This document shows, piece by piece, positions 25,766 to 37,962 of a stretch of DNA of 64,000 nucleotides (its first letter is position 1; the number at the start of each line of letters is the position of its first letter). The notes beneath the pieces were generated by a model. It searched no databases. It was not told the origin of the DNA and was given only the letters and a program-made list of their open reading frames with translations. A program made the translations under genes and the position numbers. The stretch comes from Octopus vulgaris (lineage: Eukaryota), in contig OX597821.1 of the NCBI GenBank assembly GCA_951406725.2, positions 59,582,001 through 59,646,000 of the forward strand, written 5' to 3'.

Positions 25766-28011
25766 CATTAGTCATTCAATTCATCCACCTGCCCAATGTT
25801 CATTCTAAAAAGCTTATATTAAAAATACAGAAGACTATATTCAATACATTTATCTTTTAATCCCCACTGAGCTGATCAAATTTTGGTTGGTGATGTAACA
25901 TGCTAATCATATGCAAATTAGCCCTAACAACCTCTCTCTACTGGCCAGTAAAATTAAAATATGCCTACTACATCATATGAAATGTGGAGAATTCTGGAAA
26001 GCACCCCACTATCAAAAACAAGTGCATATGCTCAGAATGGAGTATACTACTCACTCTCTACATTGCTTATTACTCTATCATGTAATAAGAATTGGGTTTG
26101 TTGTTTAGTCTAAGTCAGCTTTGATTGAGCAGACTTATGACAAAAGGTTTACCAGCCTTGATCATCCTATCTTTTTCTTTTTTCTCCAGCATCAGCATGT
26201 CAATATGTTGTTCTTTTTTAAAGACAGTAGTGTATATTTCAAGGGCAATTTGGCTGCTGTTTTCAAGCAGGTCTACTAATCATGTAGATTACTAGACTTG
26301 CTTTATGAAATAAAAGTTAAACACATTTGTTACCCAAAAAGATTAAAGAAAACATTTTTCTTCCTTACAAGGGGGGGCTGTCATAAGATTAGATATCAGG
26401 ACTTCATGGTTAGTAGTCCAGCCTCTAAACATCACAGTTTCATTACAGTATTTCATTATAGGCATTAGTCCCTGGAAATATTAATTTCCATCTAACTTTA
26501 TTTGCTAGAGAATATTTAATTGTCTAAGTAAAAGCAAAGCTAATTACATGACTCACTGTCATGCTTTATCATCATTTAAATGTCTCCTTTTCCATGCTCA
26601 CATGGGTCAGAAGGAATTCTTTGAGACAGATACAGTCAGATGCCTTTCCTGTCACCAACCATCACCCGTTTCCAGTAATCTGACTGCGGCCATGCTGAAG
26701 CACCACCTTAAAGGGTTTTTTAGTCAAAAAAAATCGACCCCAAGGCTTATTCTTTGTAAACCTAGTACTTATTCAATTGGTCTCTTTTGCCAAACTGCTA
26801 AGTTACTGGGACATAAACACACCAACAATTGGTTGTCAAGCAATGATGGGGGGGGGGGGGACAAACACAGAAACAAAGACACCATGTGGTTGAGAAAATT
26901 GGAAACAAAGGATATCCTTGCATGATGGTGTTCATCATCATCATCATCCATTCATTTTTCCATGCTGGCATGCTTGTTTAATACTATAACATGTCAAGAC
27001 AAGGAGACACTAGCATGCACACACACACACATGCTAGGCTTCTTTCAGTTTCTGACTACCAAATCTACTCACAAGGCTTTAATTAGCCTGAGACTATAGC
27101 AGAAGAAACTTGCTCAAGATGCTATGCAATGGGATTGAACATGAAACCATGTAATTTGAAATAACTTTTCAAACCATAAAACCATGCCTGCATCTGTTAT
27201 GTCACAGAAAATATATTCTTTGTCCTTCAGCATTCAAACATTCGAAGGGCACCCAACATTTTCTTTATATCAAAATTGTAAGAAAATGGTTCCAAATTTT
27301 TGTTTATTCACCCTTTTACTCTGGTATTGTCCCATCAACCTAAAAGTTAACAATATCCAATCCTGAATTTGCAATGACCAACAGTAACCAGAAGGAATGC
27401 TGTATAATTGGGCTTATATCTATGTACTGGCAAAACCTTCGATACACACTACAGTGAAGCATAATATTATCAGTATTTGCTAAATCTGAGATGAAGAAAT
27501 ATAAAGATCTTGAGAGAATGAATATTATATGATATCAATTACAAGTGACAGCAACAAGTCTGGTCTTGAAAGAGTTAGTTCATTAATAACAGGATTTACA
27601 CTTAAAATAATTATATATATATATATACACTCCCCACACATACAACCACTACACATGCACACACGAACACACACATATATATACACACACACACACATAC
27701 TTCTACTGACCATTCTCCTATAAACATGTGTAGGTAGACAAACAACAGGCAGCCACTCCTACCAAAATTCTTACTATAAATTCTTCCTATGACCTTAAAG
27801 GATACTAAACCCAACCACACACACAGATAAACAGCCACCACACACATACACACACACACCCACACATACCTCCTTCTCTTGCACTCTCCTGTCTTTGAAA
27901 GAACTTTTTCTTCACCCATTCCCTTCCGGTCATTTCAATCTGTGACCGTGTGTGTATCGTTGGCAATTTTCTATCTCTGTCTTCCCTTCCTTGGACCTTT
28001 CCTTTTTCTAT

Positions 28012-28047
28012 GTTTCTGATGAAGAGCTCCGCTCGAAACGTTAAAAT
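28012..28047 (+). ncRNA. Minimal hammerhead-ribozyme-like motif (Penelope type)
   Basis: GUUU-CUGAUGA-A-GAGC(UCC)GCUC-GAAA-CGUU-AAAA: core boxes, a 4-bp stem II, and palindromic AACGUU in place of stem III. Confidence 0.65.
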
Positions 28048-28266
28048 CCTCCTTCTTTCTTTCCTTTCCTGAGCGTCCAATAACACTATACTTGTTCCAC
28101 ATCCTCGCGGTGTTGTGTTTTCTTTTTGTTCATGTTAGAATTAACTATATATATATATATATATATTTAATCAATATAGGGTGGCAAAAAAATTTTGTAG
28201 AATCTTATTGCCACCAGCGGCCTAGTGGGAAAAAATTAAATAGTCATAAACCATTTTTAAGTTCAA

Positions 28267-28599
28267 CATCACAATCAAGGAACGGCCATAATAGGCCATT
28301 CACCCACTAGAAATAACAGCCAAAAGCTTCAACCGCAAAATAACATCAATTCCGTAAACCAGGAGAAAATTAAAAAAACATTTACCCTAAGGGCCTATGG
28401 TAGATTGGCTTGATTTAATTTAATCAGGTTAGTTTACCATTAAACAGTAGACGAAACGGTGCATCGTATAAGAAATTACAGGGTAAATGTTTTTTTAATT
28501 TTCTCCTGGTTTACGGAATTGATGTTATTTTGCGGTTGAAGCTTTTGGCTGTTATTTCTAGTGGGTGAATGGCCTATTATGGCCGTTCCTTGATTGTGA

Positions 28600-28601
<2 letters not shown>
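28267..28601. repeat. Perfect 122-bp inverted repeat with a 91-bp structured spacer
   Basis: 28267-28388 is the exact reverse complement of 28480-28601. Confidence 0.95.
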
Positions 28602-28635
<34 letters not shown>

Positions 28636-28710
28636 ATATGTGACCTCGTGAGTACCGGCAGCGATTTTTTTTCCTCTGTCTTCCCTTCTCGGGATCTTTC
28701 CTTCTCCTAT

Positions 28711-28745
28711 GTTTCCGACGAAGAGCTCCGCTCGAAACGTTAAAC
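28711..28745 (+). ncRNA. Second copy of the minimal hammerhead-like motif
   Basis: GUUU-CCGACGA-A-GAGCUCCGCUC-GAAA-CGUU-AAAC; stem I GUUU/AAAC intact, core has U4 to C. Confidence 0.55.
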
Positions 28746-28840
28746 CCTCCTTCTTCTCTTCTTTCCTGAGCATCCAATAATACTTTATTTGTTCCACGTC
28801 CTCGCGTTGCTGTGTTTTTTTTGTGTTTTCTTGTTTGGAT

Positions 28841-28885
<45 letters not shown>

Positions 28886-29274
28886 CCCAATTTATTTATG
28901 ATCAGAAGCATTTATAAACCGAGGCACTACTGTATTAAATGAATATGAGAAAGACAGGAGATAAAGTATGATTTATACATGATCAGAGTTGTTCGAAAAC
29001 TGAGGACCTACTGTAATAAGATCAATTTGTTTGATTAAACCCTTCAAAGTGGTGCCCCCAACATAGCCACAGTCCGATGACAGAAACAAGTAAAAGATAA
29101 AAAGCCAAAATAAAAAATATGACAGCGTCTCAATGAAATAAATTTTTATTTAAATTAACTTCTGAGGTGAGTGTTAGTCTTGTTGTGTCTTTTCATTTTG
29201 ATTCTATCCCAACAAAAACAGGCCTCATTCCACATGTTGTCTATTACAGGAAACAATTAACTGATGCTGTTCAA

Positions 29275-29493
29275 CCCTCTAGCATTCAGATTATTTTGTC
29301 AAATGGTCTGCTTTTTCATTCACATGGTTTTTAATTAATCTTGCATTATTTTGTTGCTTCAAAATTTTGATCATGAGATTGTATATTTTATAATGGCATT
29401 GAAGGGTAAGTGTGATAAGCTGGATCTGGCTTGGTAGAACATAAGGCAGCAAGCATATCTGGGCTGGATATGGCAGGTTTAAATACTAAAGAA
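29275..29493. mobile_element. piggyBac-like MITE family 1, degenerate
   Basis: Homologous to 13899-14118; ends TCAA|CCCTCTAG...CTAAAGAA|TTAA. Confidence 0.65.
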
Positions 29494-30035
29494 TTAATCT
29501 CAGATTAGCTCTGATCCAGCAAAACTATGATCAAAAGCTTCCAGTCGTGCTTATCCATCATTGTTTTAATGTCCACTTCTCCATGACTGCATGGATCAGA
29601 AGGAATTCATTAAAGCAGGTTTTCTGCAGCTGGATGCTCCTCCTGCTGACAACCCTCACCTGTTTCCAAGAAAGATAATAATAGTTCCCCATGGCCAGAC
29701 ACATTTCACATTGAAGATTGGAAATGAACAACTGTTTGTATGATGATGAGAATGATGCTATTTACAACTATCATATGAAGTCAACAGCACACTAATACAT
29801 ACACAGACACACTTTTATGCAATAGGCTTCTTTCAGTTTCCATCTACCAAATCCCCTCACAAGGTTTTGGCTGGTCTGGGGCTATAGTACCAGATACCTG
29901 CCCAAGCTGTCAAGCAGAGTATCTAGGATTACATTATTTAATATTCCTATCACTTCTTTACAGCAGTAAGAGGGAGATTTAACTGCTATTTCAAGTATGT
30001 TCAAGTATGCACATACATGTAAATACATATACATA

Positions 30036-30392
30036 GATGCAGGAGTAGCTGTGTGCTAAGTAGCTTGGTTCCCAAGCACATGGTTATGGGTTCAGTCCCA
30101 CTGCGTAGCACCTTGGGCAAGTGTCTTTGACTATAGCCTCGGGCTGACCAAAGCCTTGTGAGGGGATTTGGTAGACGGAAACTGAAAGAAGCCCATCATG
30201 TGTGTGTATATCCAACATTGCTTGACAACTAATACTGGTGTGTTTATATCCCCCGTAACTTAGTTGTTCGGCAAAAAGCGACCGATAGAATAAGTACTAG
30301 GCTTACAAAGAATAAGTCCTGGGGTTGATTTGTTCAACTGAAAGCAGTGCTCCGGCATGGCTGCAGTCAAATGACTGAAACAAATAAAAGAA
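30036..30392 (+). mobile_element. SINE family A
   Basis: Full-length homology to family A. Confidence 0.85.
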
Positions 30393-30429
30393 GAAAAAAG
30401 AAGAAAATACACACACTCTCTCTCTCCCT

Positions 30430-30775
30430 CGGTCCTCACAGAGGCAATGACCAAGACCTTTGGCATTATACTGTGGTAGAGAAGACCCATCAAGTCAAGC
30501 AAAATTGCAGTGGTGGCAGATACTGATGTCATGCAAACTGGCACCTGTGCTAGTGGCACACAAACACACCCCAGTGTTACACAAATGGCACTCACGCCAA
30601 TGGCACATAAAAGCACCCATTACATGCTCAGAGTGGTTGGCATTAGGAAGGGCATCCAGCCATAGAAAGCCATGCCAAATCAGACAGGAGTCTGGTGCTG
30701 CCTTCCAGCTTGCCAGCCCAGTCAAACCGTCCAACCCATGCCAGCATGGACAACAGATGTTAAATGATGATGATC
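30430..30775 (+). mobile_element. Retroposon family C
   Basis: GAGTGGTTGGCATTAGGAAGGGCATCCAGC...CCAACCCATGCCAGCATGG...(GAT)n tail; further copies at 32760-33101 and 39150-39605. Confidence 0.8.
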
Positions 30776-30807
30776 ATATATATGTGTGTGTGTATATATA
30801 TACATAT

Positions 30808-30854
<47 letters not shown>

Positions 30855-30885
30855 TCATTCTTTTGTTGTTACTTTTTAGCATTAT

Positions 30886-30920
<35 letters not shown>

Positions 30921-31338
30921 ATGCATGCATGTAATTACATGTAACTTTCCCAAATACATGCATGTACTAGTATACAAAGAAACACTTGCACAGTCATGAG
31001 AAAATCCATGTGCGCACACACACATACATCTGCACACACAAATACAAACAATGAGAAGCAAGTAAACAAGGGAGTTCTTTCCCAAAATACCATTTATTGA
31101 ATTCTGCCCAATTGCTTATGTTGTTATTAAAAATAAAAGAACCATTATTAGTTTTAGGAAAACAATTACTTTGACATGACATGTAAACACTGCAGGATTT
31201 GTGTGCATGACGCTAGTAGAGACAACAGAGATTAACTGACATTAATTGATGTAGGGGAGGAAGCACTTAATAACATGTCAATGCAAGAAGTGAAATAATA
31301 GAAGTAGATGAAGAGGACAATTTAGGTCAAGTCAGGAG

Positions 31339-31582
31339 TATAGGATGAACTGTATGAAATATGTAAGTTCATCTGTCAATAATTATGGTTTATCACTCTC
31401 TTTAAGAGTTTCATCAGGAGGAAGGAATTGTGCCCATGACCTAACCATCTGAGTCAAAAGGAAGGCACGTGGCTTACTGGTTGGGATTTCCAGTTGTAAG
31501 GCATATAGGATGAACTGTATGAAATATGTAAGTTCATCTGTCAATAATTATGGTTTATCACTCTCTTTAAGAGTTTCATCAG
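31339..31582. repeat. Perfect 79-bp direct duplication
   Basis: 31339-31417 is identical to 31504-31582; the second copy sits inside the head of a family D SINE (31461-31835). Confidence 0.95.
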
Positions 31583-31879
31583 AGGTGTGTTCTGTCCTTG
31601 AGCAAGACACTTTATTTCACATTGCTCCAGTCCACTCAGCTGGCAAAAATGAGTAGGTCCCGTAGATCAAAGGGCTAGCCTTGTCAGATTATCTGTCACA
31701 CTGAATCTCCCTGAGGACTACATTAAGGGTATGTGTGTCCGTGGAGTACTCAGTCACTTGCACATTAATTTCATGAGCAGGATGTTTCATTCATCAGATC
31801 AACTGGGACACTAGTCATTGTACCTAACAGAGTACTGGGTAAGTCAAATGGAGACTGATAAAGTTGATCTTCAGATTGT

Positions 31880-32293
31880 AGGTGCAGGCATGGCTGTGTG
31901 GTAAGAAATTTGCTTTCCAACCATACAGTTCTAGGTTCAGTCCTACTGCATGGTACCTTGTGCTTGTGTCTTCCACTATAGACCCGGGCTGATCAAAGCC
32001 TTCTAAGAGGATCTAGTAGACTGAAATTGGAAAAAAAAAAGGCTGTGTGTGTGCACATGTGCTACTGTCTCCTTTCCTTGACATTGCATGCTAGTAGTAA
32101 ACAAGTGTCACCACCATGGAAGCAGTGTCCATTTCCACTTTTCCATGAAAATGTTTGGTCATAGGAAAATATTACCTCACTTGGAAACAGGTGAAGGTTG
32201 GCAACAGGAAGACCATCCAGCCTTAGAAAATCTGCCTCAACAAATTTCCATCTTCACCATGAAAGTATGGAAAAGTGGACATTAAATGACGAC
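31880..32293 (+). mobile_element. SINE family A-prime (family A head, family C-like tail)
   Basis: Family A head and body, then GGAAACAGGTGA.GGTTGGCAACAGGAAG...GGAAAAGTGGACATTAAATGA. Other copies at 4345-4660(-), 29555-29910(-) and 60170-60556(+). Confidence 0.75.
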
Positions 32294-32304
32294 AGTACAA
32301 TTAC

Positions 32305-32705
32305 AAGTGAACACTTCAGGAAAAACATGGTCATGAAGGGAATTCCAGAGAGTTAATATTCTGGAGAAGTATTAGAAACATTTGCTAGTGTGGTGCTTGG
32401 CAAGGATGACACAGAATTAGTGATGAGAGGAAAAGAAATGAGTGTGTCATGTAAATGGATGCAATGTGCAGTTAGCTCACTCTGAGGAGCAAAAGCCACT
32501 GTAGCAATGGTAGAGAGGCAGAAAGAGGAGTCTGTTTTGCTCGGTTAGAGACAAGGATCCTGTTAGTAAGTCCAAGCCAATCAGACAGTTGGCTTTCTAA
32601 TTATTTAAGTAGTTTGTGTGTGTAGCAGCTGTTCATCTATTGTACATCTCACTTGAACTTTGTAGAGAGCCGACAGCTGCTTAAAGTTGATGTATTTTCT
32701 GGCAT
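32305..32705 (-). mobile_element. Ancient CR1/L2-group LINE relic (post-RT C-terminal region)
   Basis: Broken reverse-complement translation ARKYINFKQLSALYKVQVR...RKANCLIG...HCYSGFCSSE...TLWNSLHDHVFP. Confidence 0.6.
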
Positions 32706-33809
32706 TGGAAAGAAAAGTTAGCATCATGATAAAGTTTTTTTGTACATATATATGTAAAATCGTAGTCATGGCACCTGTACTGGTAGTACATAAAAAGTAC
32801 CCTACGAACTTGGGGCCTCACAGGAAGTGACAAGTGACCGACACCTTTGGTAATATATTGTGCTTACCTGTCAAGTCGAGTTAGATCTATGGCCAATGCC
32901 GGTGTTTTGCAACTGGCACCTGTACCAGTGGCACATAAAAGGCATCCATTACACTCTTGGAGTGGTTGGTGTTAGGAAGGGCATCCAGCTGTAGAATCCA
33001 TGCCAAATCAAATTGGAACCTGGTACTGCTTCCCAGTTTACCAGTTTTCAGTCAAACTATCTAATCCATGCCAGCATGGAAAATGGATGTTAAATGATGA
33101 TCACACACACACACACACCTCAGATAAAGAAGTTTAGGCATCAAATTTTATTTCTTATATTCATTCGATCCAAGACTGTAAACTTTTTGGAAATAAAACC
33201 AGCCTTGCTATTTTAGTAAATATCTTAAACTGAAACTATGGAATATCATAGATCAAGGGGCACCATAATGCAAGACTGGCTAAAATCACAGATTGATAGA
33301 AAAGTCTTAAATTCAACTCCAGCTTAAACTACAAAGTTGTACAACTGTACAAGTAACAATGAATCATCTATTTCAATCAAGCCAATGAGAAGCTTCTTTG
33401 TAGCTGCTTGACCTGCTTGAAATATCAACCAAATCCCCCTCAAATCACATTTAACCATCTTAAAATAGAAAAGAAAAGAAAGCAGCAAACAATGTAATGC
33501 TAGATACACAAAATGACGGGATGATTATGACTGGAGAGCAGTTCAGAATAGTTCTACTCAATCAGAGCTGTCTTGGAGTTAAACAATATTTAATGCATTC
33601 CTCCATACCTGTTTGAATTCATAATACATCATACACATTTGCAAAACAATGTGTATTTAATATACACTAATATGATAAAACAACTGCCAAAATAAAAGCA
33701 AAATTTTGGATGTCAAACAGGTCAGGTAAAACTCTGATTTAGCAAAGAAATATATCTACACAATAAAGTTAAACATTGAACATCACCATAAAAAGAAGCA
33801 TAGCATTAA

Positions 33810-34031
33810 CCCTTTCGATATCAACCCAGCTGAAATCACCTCTGATTCTGTAGTACAAATGTCTTGTTTTCATAAGTTTTGAATTAAAATCTTCCACCAA
33901 ACCCGAATCACAATTTATGTTCCTAACACCAGCTTAATGATACCTAAGTTATTTTACTAAATTCTTTGTTATATTTTAAATTAATTGAAAGAAACACAGA
34001 GCATCTTAACAGAAATATGGTAGCAAAAGGG
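33810..34031. mobile_element. piggyBac-like MITE family 2 (222 bp)
   Basis: TTAA|CCCTTTCGATA...TAGCAAAAGGG|TTAA; an inverted sister copy of the same length lies at 44381-44602. Confidence 0.85.
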
Positions 34032-34675
34032 TTAAGATGAGTCAATGAGAAAGCTCAACTTTGTAGAAATAAGGGCCAAATTTCCCTTGTATCACACCCT
34101 ACCATTAATAAAGGAAAATGAAAGACTGAATGATGTTCAAGGTCCACTGCTTGTGAAAAAAAGATGGGATGGCCAAAACAGGAATGCCTTTGATCATACC
34201 CTTGCACAACCAAGGCTGATCTGCAGCAAAACCAACAAGACATTAAGGTCTGAAGATATCTCCCCTGAAAGTCAGGTACCTCTAGCACACAGGCATTTCC
34301 AACCCACTCATCTTTCCACCACTTGTCAATCCTACTGTGTACATTCCCACTTTACCCCTGGTCCTGCACTAACCCCTATGCAATGTCTCAGAACGTTGAT
34401 CCTCTAGAATCTTTTCCCTGCAACAGTTTAAATGAAACATTAAAGCGTTAAATTCATTGACCTCAAAAGAGCCAGTGAGATTTTCTACAGCCTGATGCCC
34501 TTTTGAAGTTTATTGGAAATGAATAACATTCATTTCCAACAATTATGCAATGTCAAGACAAGGAGATACATATGCTGACACATTGACACACATACAGAAA
34601 CACATGCATACACACATACATAAACATGCACACACAAATGCACACATGCATACATAAACTTATGCATGCATACAT

Positions 34676-34716
<41 letters not shown>

Positions 34717-36271
34717 TACACACAACAGGCTTCTTTCAGCTCCAAACTACTAAATCCACTCACAAGGCCTTAGCCAACCTGAGACTATAGTAGAAGACAC
34801 TTGCCCAAGGTACCACGTAGTGGGACTGAACTTGAACCTATGTGGTTGAAGAGCAAACTTCTTAACCACACAGCCACCCCTGTGCCAACAATGAGGTGGA
34901 AAAAAGCAAAAGCAACAGGCTAGAATTGATTCACTTCATATGATAAACCATTGTAAATGAACAAATGAGATTCTATGTAGCCATTTGCGCTGCATGAAAT
35001 AGCAACCAAAACACTCTTCAATTACACCCCACTGCATTAAGAAAGAACAGGATGCATGAAATAATGAAGTCCTAAAACTTTTAGGAAAAGACTAGAACAT
35101 GTTTGATCACAGATCTGCAATCAATATAAGCCTAGAACTAAAACAACAACAACTGCATGTCAAATTTCACAGCATTGTATTTGGCAAATGCAAATATGAT
35201 ATATTCAGAACAGACATGTGGATTGTAATTAAATATTTGATTGACTACCTACAGGACTACCTACCATAGACTGCTCAACCAAAAATGACCTCAGATTACA
35301 CAATGGCAAGATAGAAACTAAAGAGATAAATTCTTGTCCAGGCATTATAAATAATGAAACGATTACAGGACAGACACACACATTGTAATTATGATCTTAT
35401 AAACAATAAACAAAGAAAATTTAGCACAATATCTTGGCAGCGTCCCAATGATGTCATAATTGGGTTGACAATTAGACCAATGTGAAAATTTATACACTTT
35501 AATTATTGATATAACCTGGTTCAAAAATTGCATAAAAACAAAATATTGTCTGTTATGTTTTCCTTTTTTATTGTTTAAACATTTATATGCATTTTCCTTG
35601 ATTCCAAAGACATGATATTATCATTATCCTCATTTAGCATCTATTTTACCATGCTGGCTAAGGTTGGACAGTTCAACAGGCATTGACAAGCCAGAGGATT
35701 GCACTATGGTTCAATGTCTGCTTTGGAATGGTTTCTACAGTTAGATACCCTTCCTAATGCCTATCATTTTACAGAGTGTACTGGGTGCTTTTTACAAAAC
35801 ACACACACCAGTGAGATTACTAGGTAACTTGCAAGACAAAACCTCTCAAATGAGAGTGTTATTGAGGGAGGTGGCATTATGGTAGGTGACAGAAGGTTAA
35901 AGTAAGATAGAGAGATAAGAACAGGTGTCCCAGAGTAGAGAAGATACATAGTTACCCCAGTTAGAAAAGAGAGAAGATGGTGGTGAAAATGTGTCAGGGT
36001 ATATACCCAAGCTACAGGAAGGTGAATATAGGAGAAGTGGTACATTTTATAAATTTGGATATTTTTACACAAGAATTATTGAAGAAAGTGTTTATATATA
36101 TATGATCACAACCTCAACTGATTTTATGACCAAGCCCTAACTTCGGATAGCGACTGTGGTGAAGTTGAGGTCAATAGCACATATCTATAAATAACAATAC
36201 CCCCACCTCTTGCAGAACACTAAAAAAAAATTCATTCCAATCAGTTCACTTCGAGAATGACCAAATGGACG

Positions 36272-36308
36272 GATCCTGATGAAGCTGCAGCAGAAACTCA
36301 TGTAGGTC
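36272..36308 (+). ncRNA. Type I hammerhead-like motif
   Basis: GAUC-CUGAUGA-AGCUGCAGCA-GAAAC(UCAU)GUA-GGUC: stem I GAUC/GGUC, 2-bp stem III, GUA cleavage triplet; stem II is weak and palindromic. Confidence 0.55.
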
Positions 36309-36372
36309 ATTATAATATGCTGTATATAACTATATAATAAATTTTGTGGATGTATAAGTCTCCATACTCTTT

Positions 36373-36413
36373 ATGTATGTATGTATGTATGTATGTATGT
36401 ATGTATGTATGTA

Positions 36414-36456
<43 letters not shown>
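36373..36456. repeat. Compound microsatellite (TATG)n-(GA)n
   Basis: Read directly from the sequence. Confidence 0.95.
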
Positions 36457-36458
<2 letters not shown>

Positions 36459-37025
36459 AGATCTCAGTGAGTCTTTCCACTTTAAGACGGCAGGTGTAAT
36501 TTGAATGAGATCTGACTGCTATTTCTAGGTTAAGCAACTATGTAAAGGCTCCCTTACCAGTTTGGTCAGTAAGAGAACAATGGCTGCTCAGAGTAAATAG
36601 AATTTAACACCACAATCCATTATACAATCACAACAATAAGTATCTGAAAATATGACATTTTTTATGCTGAATGGCAGGCGGCATTGTATCTAATCAATTT
36701 TATCTGAAAAAATTTGGATTCAAAAATTAAATTGTCACAAATAAAATGACATGATTATGCTTACAGAATATCAACATCATTATTGTTTAACATCTACTTG
36801 TCCATGTTTGCACGGGTCAGATAGAATTTGTTACGGCAATTTTTTTTTCTTCTTTTTACCATCAGGTGCCTGTCCTGTCACCAATCTTCACCTGTTTCCC
36901 AGCAAGGTAATATCTTTTCATAGTTAGACAAGTTTTTAACAGAAGTGAACACCCTTATTTGTATACAATGATACTCATTCACAACCATCATATGTCTGGA
37001 CAAGGGTAAACACACACCTAAATAC

Positions 37026-37068
<43 letters not shown>

Positions 37069-37073
<5 letters not shown>

Positions 37074-37440
37074 ATATATAAACGGCAGTTTGTCTGTGTG
37101 TGTTTCTGTGTGTCTGTTAGGTTGTACCCTCACCCTGACCACGGCTTTCAACCGATTCTGATGAAACTTGACACACACACAGCCCAATGTCATAATTCAA
37201 AACTAACGCAGCGAAAATTTTGAAAAGTTCCCCCAGTTCTGAAAAAAATCGATAAATTCGACATGGGGTCGAGAATCAGAAACACAAAACCACAGACTGT
37301 CTAGAGGACGCAACTCGACCTTTTTAACTAAAAAAAAAAATTTACCATCATTTTTTTTCCAGTTTTTGGCTATAACTCTCTAAAAATGCTTTATAGTTAT
37401 TTCCCTTACAAACCCGAGCAACGCCGGGCGATACTGCTAG
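37069..37440 (+). mobile_element. Non-autonomous Helitron
   Basis: A|TC 5' end, CTAG|T 3' end, subterminal hairpin CCCG-AGCAACGC-CGGG ending 12 nt before the terminus, no TSD, inserted in (TA)n. Confidence 0.9.
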
Positions 37441-37453
37441 TATATATATATAA

Positions 37454-37955
37454 AACTAATGTAGGATAAAATTTTTTTGGGGAAAATTTTTTATCAATGG
37501 CCAGCATATCAAAAAATACCTTTAAAGGTTAAATTTATAAATAATTTACAAGATAAGGGCAAAAGAAAAATTCTAATGCCAAATATGCCAAAAAAAAGAC
37601 AATAATTGTCAATAAACCATTATAATTTATGCATCTCGAAACAAACCGATAGAAATCTCTAAAAAGTTTGTTATTACCGTATTGGTCCAATTTCGGGGTT
37701 AATTTGTAAGAAATTTTCTCCTCTTCAGTGGCAAATACGCGATATATAAGTGAAATACTTACTCATACCCACGGAAAAAGCAAGCACTAAGTCCTGAGCA
37801 GAACTAAGTACCCCAAATATATCCAAAATATAAAAATCTTCGGCACATCTCGAGACACGTGTGATTTGAACTAGAAACTTTCACAGAGTGATAGAATCCG
37901 GAAGTGAACACTATTCAATTTATAACTAATGTAGGATAAAATTTTTTTCGGGAAA

Positions 37956-37962
<7 letters not shown>
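37454..37962 (-). mobile_element. Module with terminal direct repeats and a hammerhead-like motif (retrozyme/pLTR-like)
   Basis: AACTAATGTAGGATAAAATTTTTTT at 37454 and 37924 (period 470). Minus strand 37739-37678 reads CGUAUU..CUGAAGA-GGAG..CCCC-GAAA..AAUACG. Confidence 0.55.

Noticed and set aside
37159-37168. CTGATGAAAC as a hammerhead core
   Set aside because: There is no stem II between the boxes; it is part of the Helitron-internal CCGATTCTGATGAAACTT motif.
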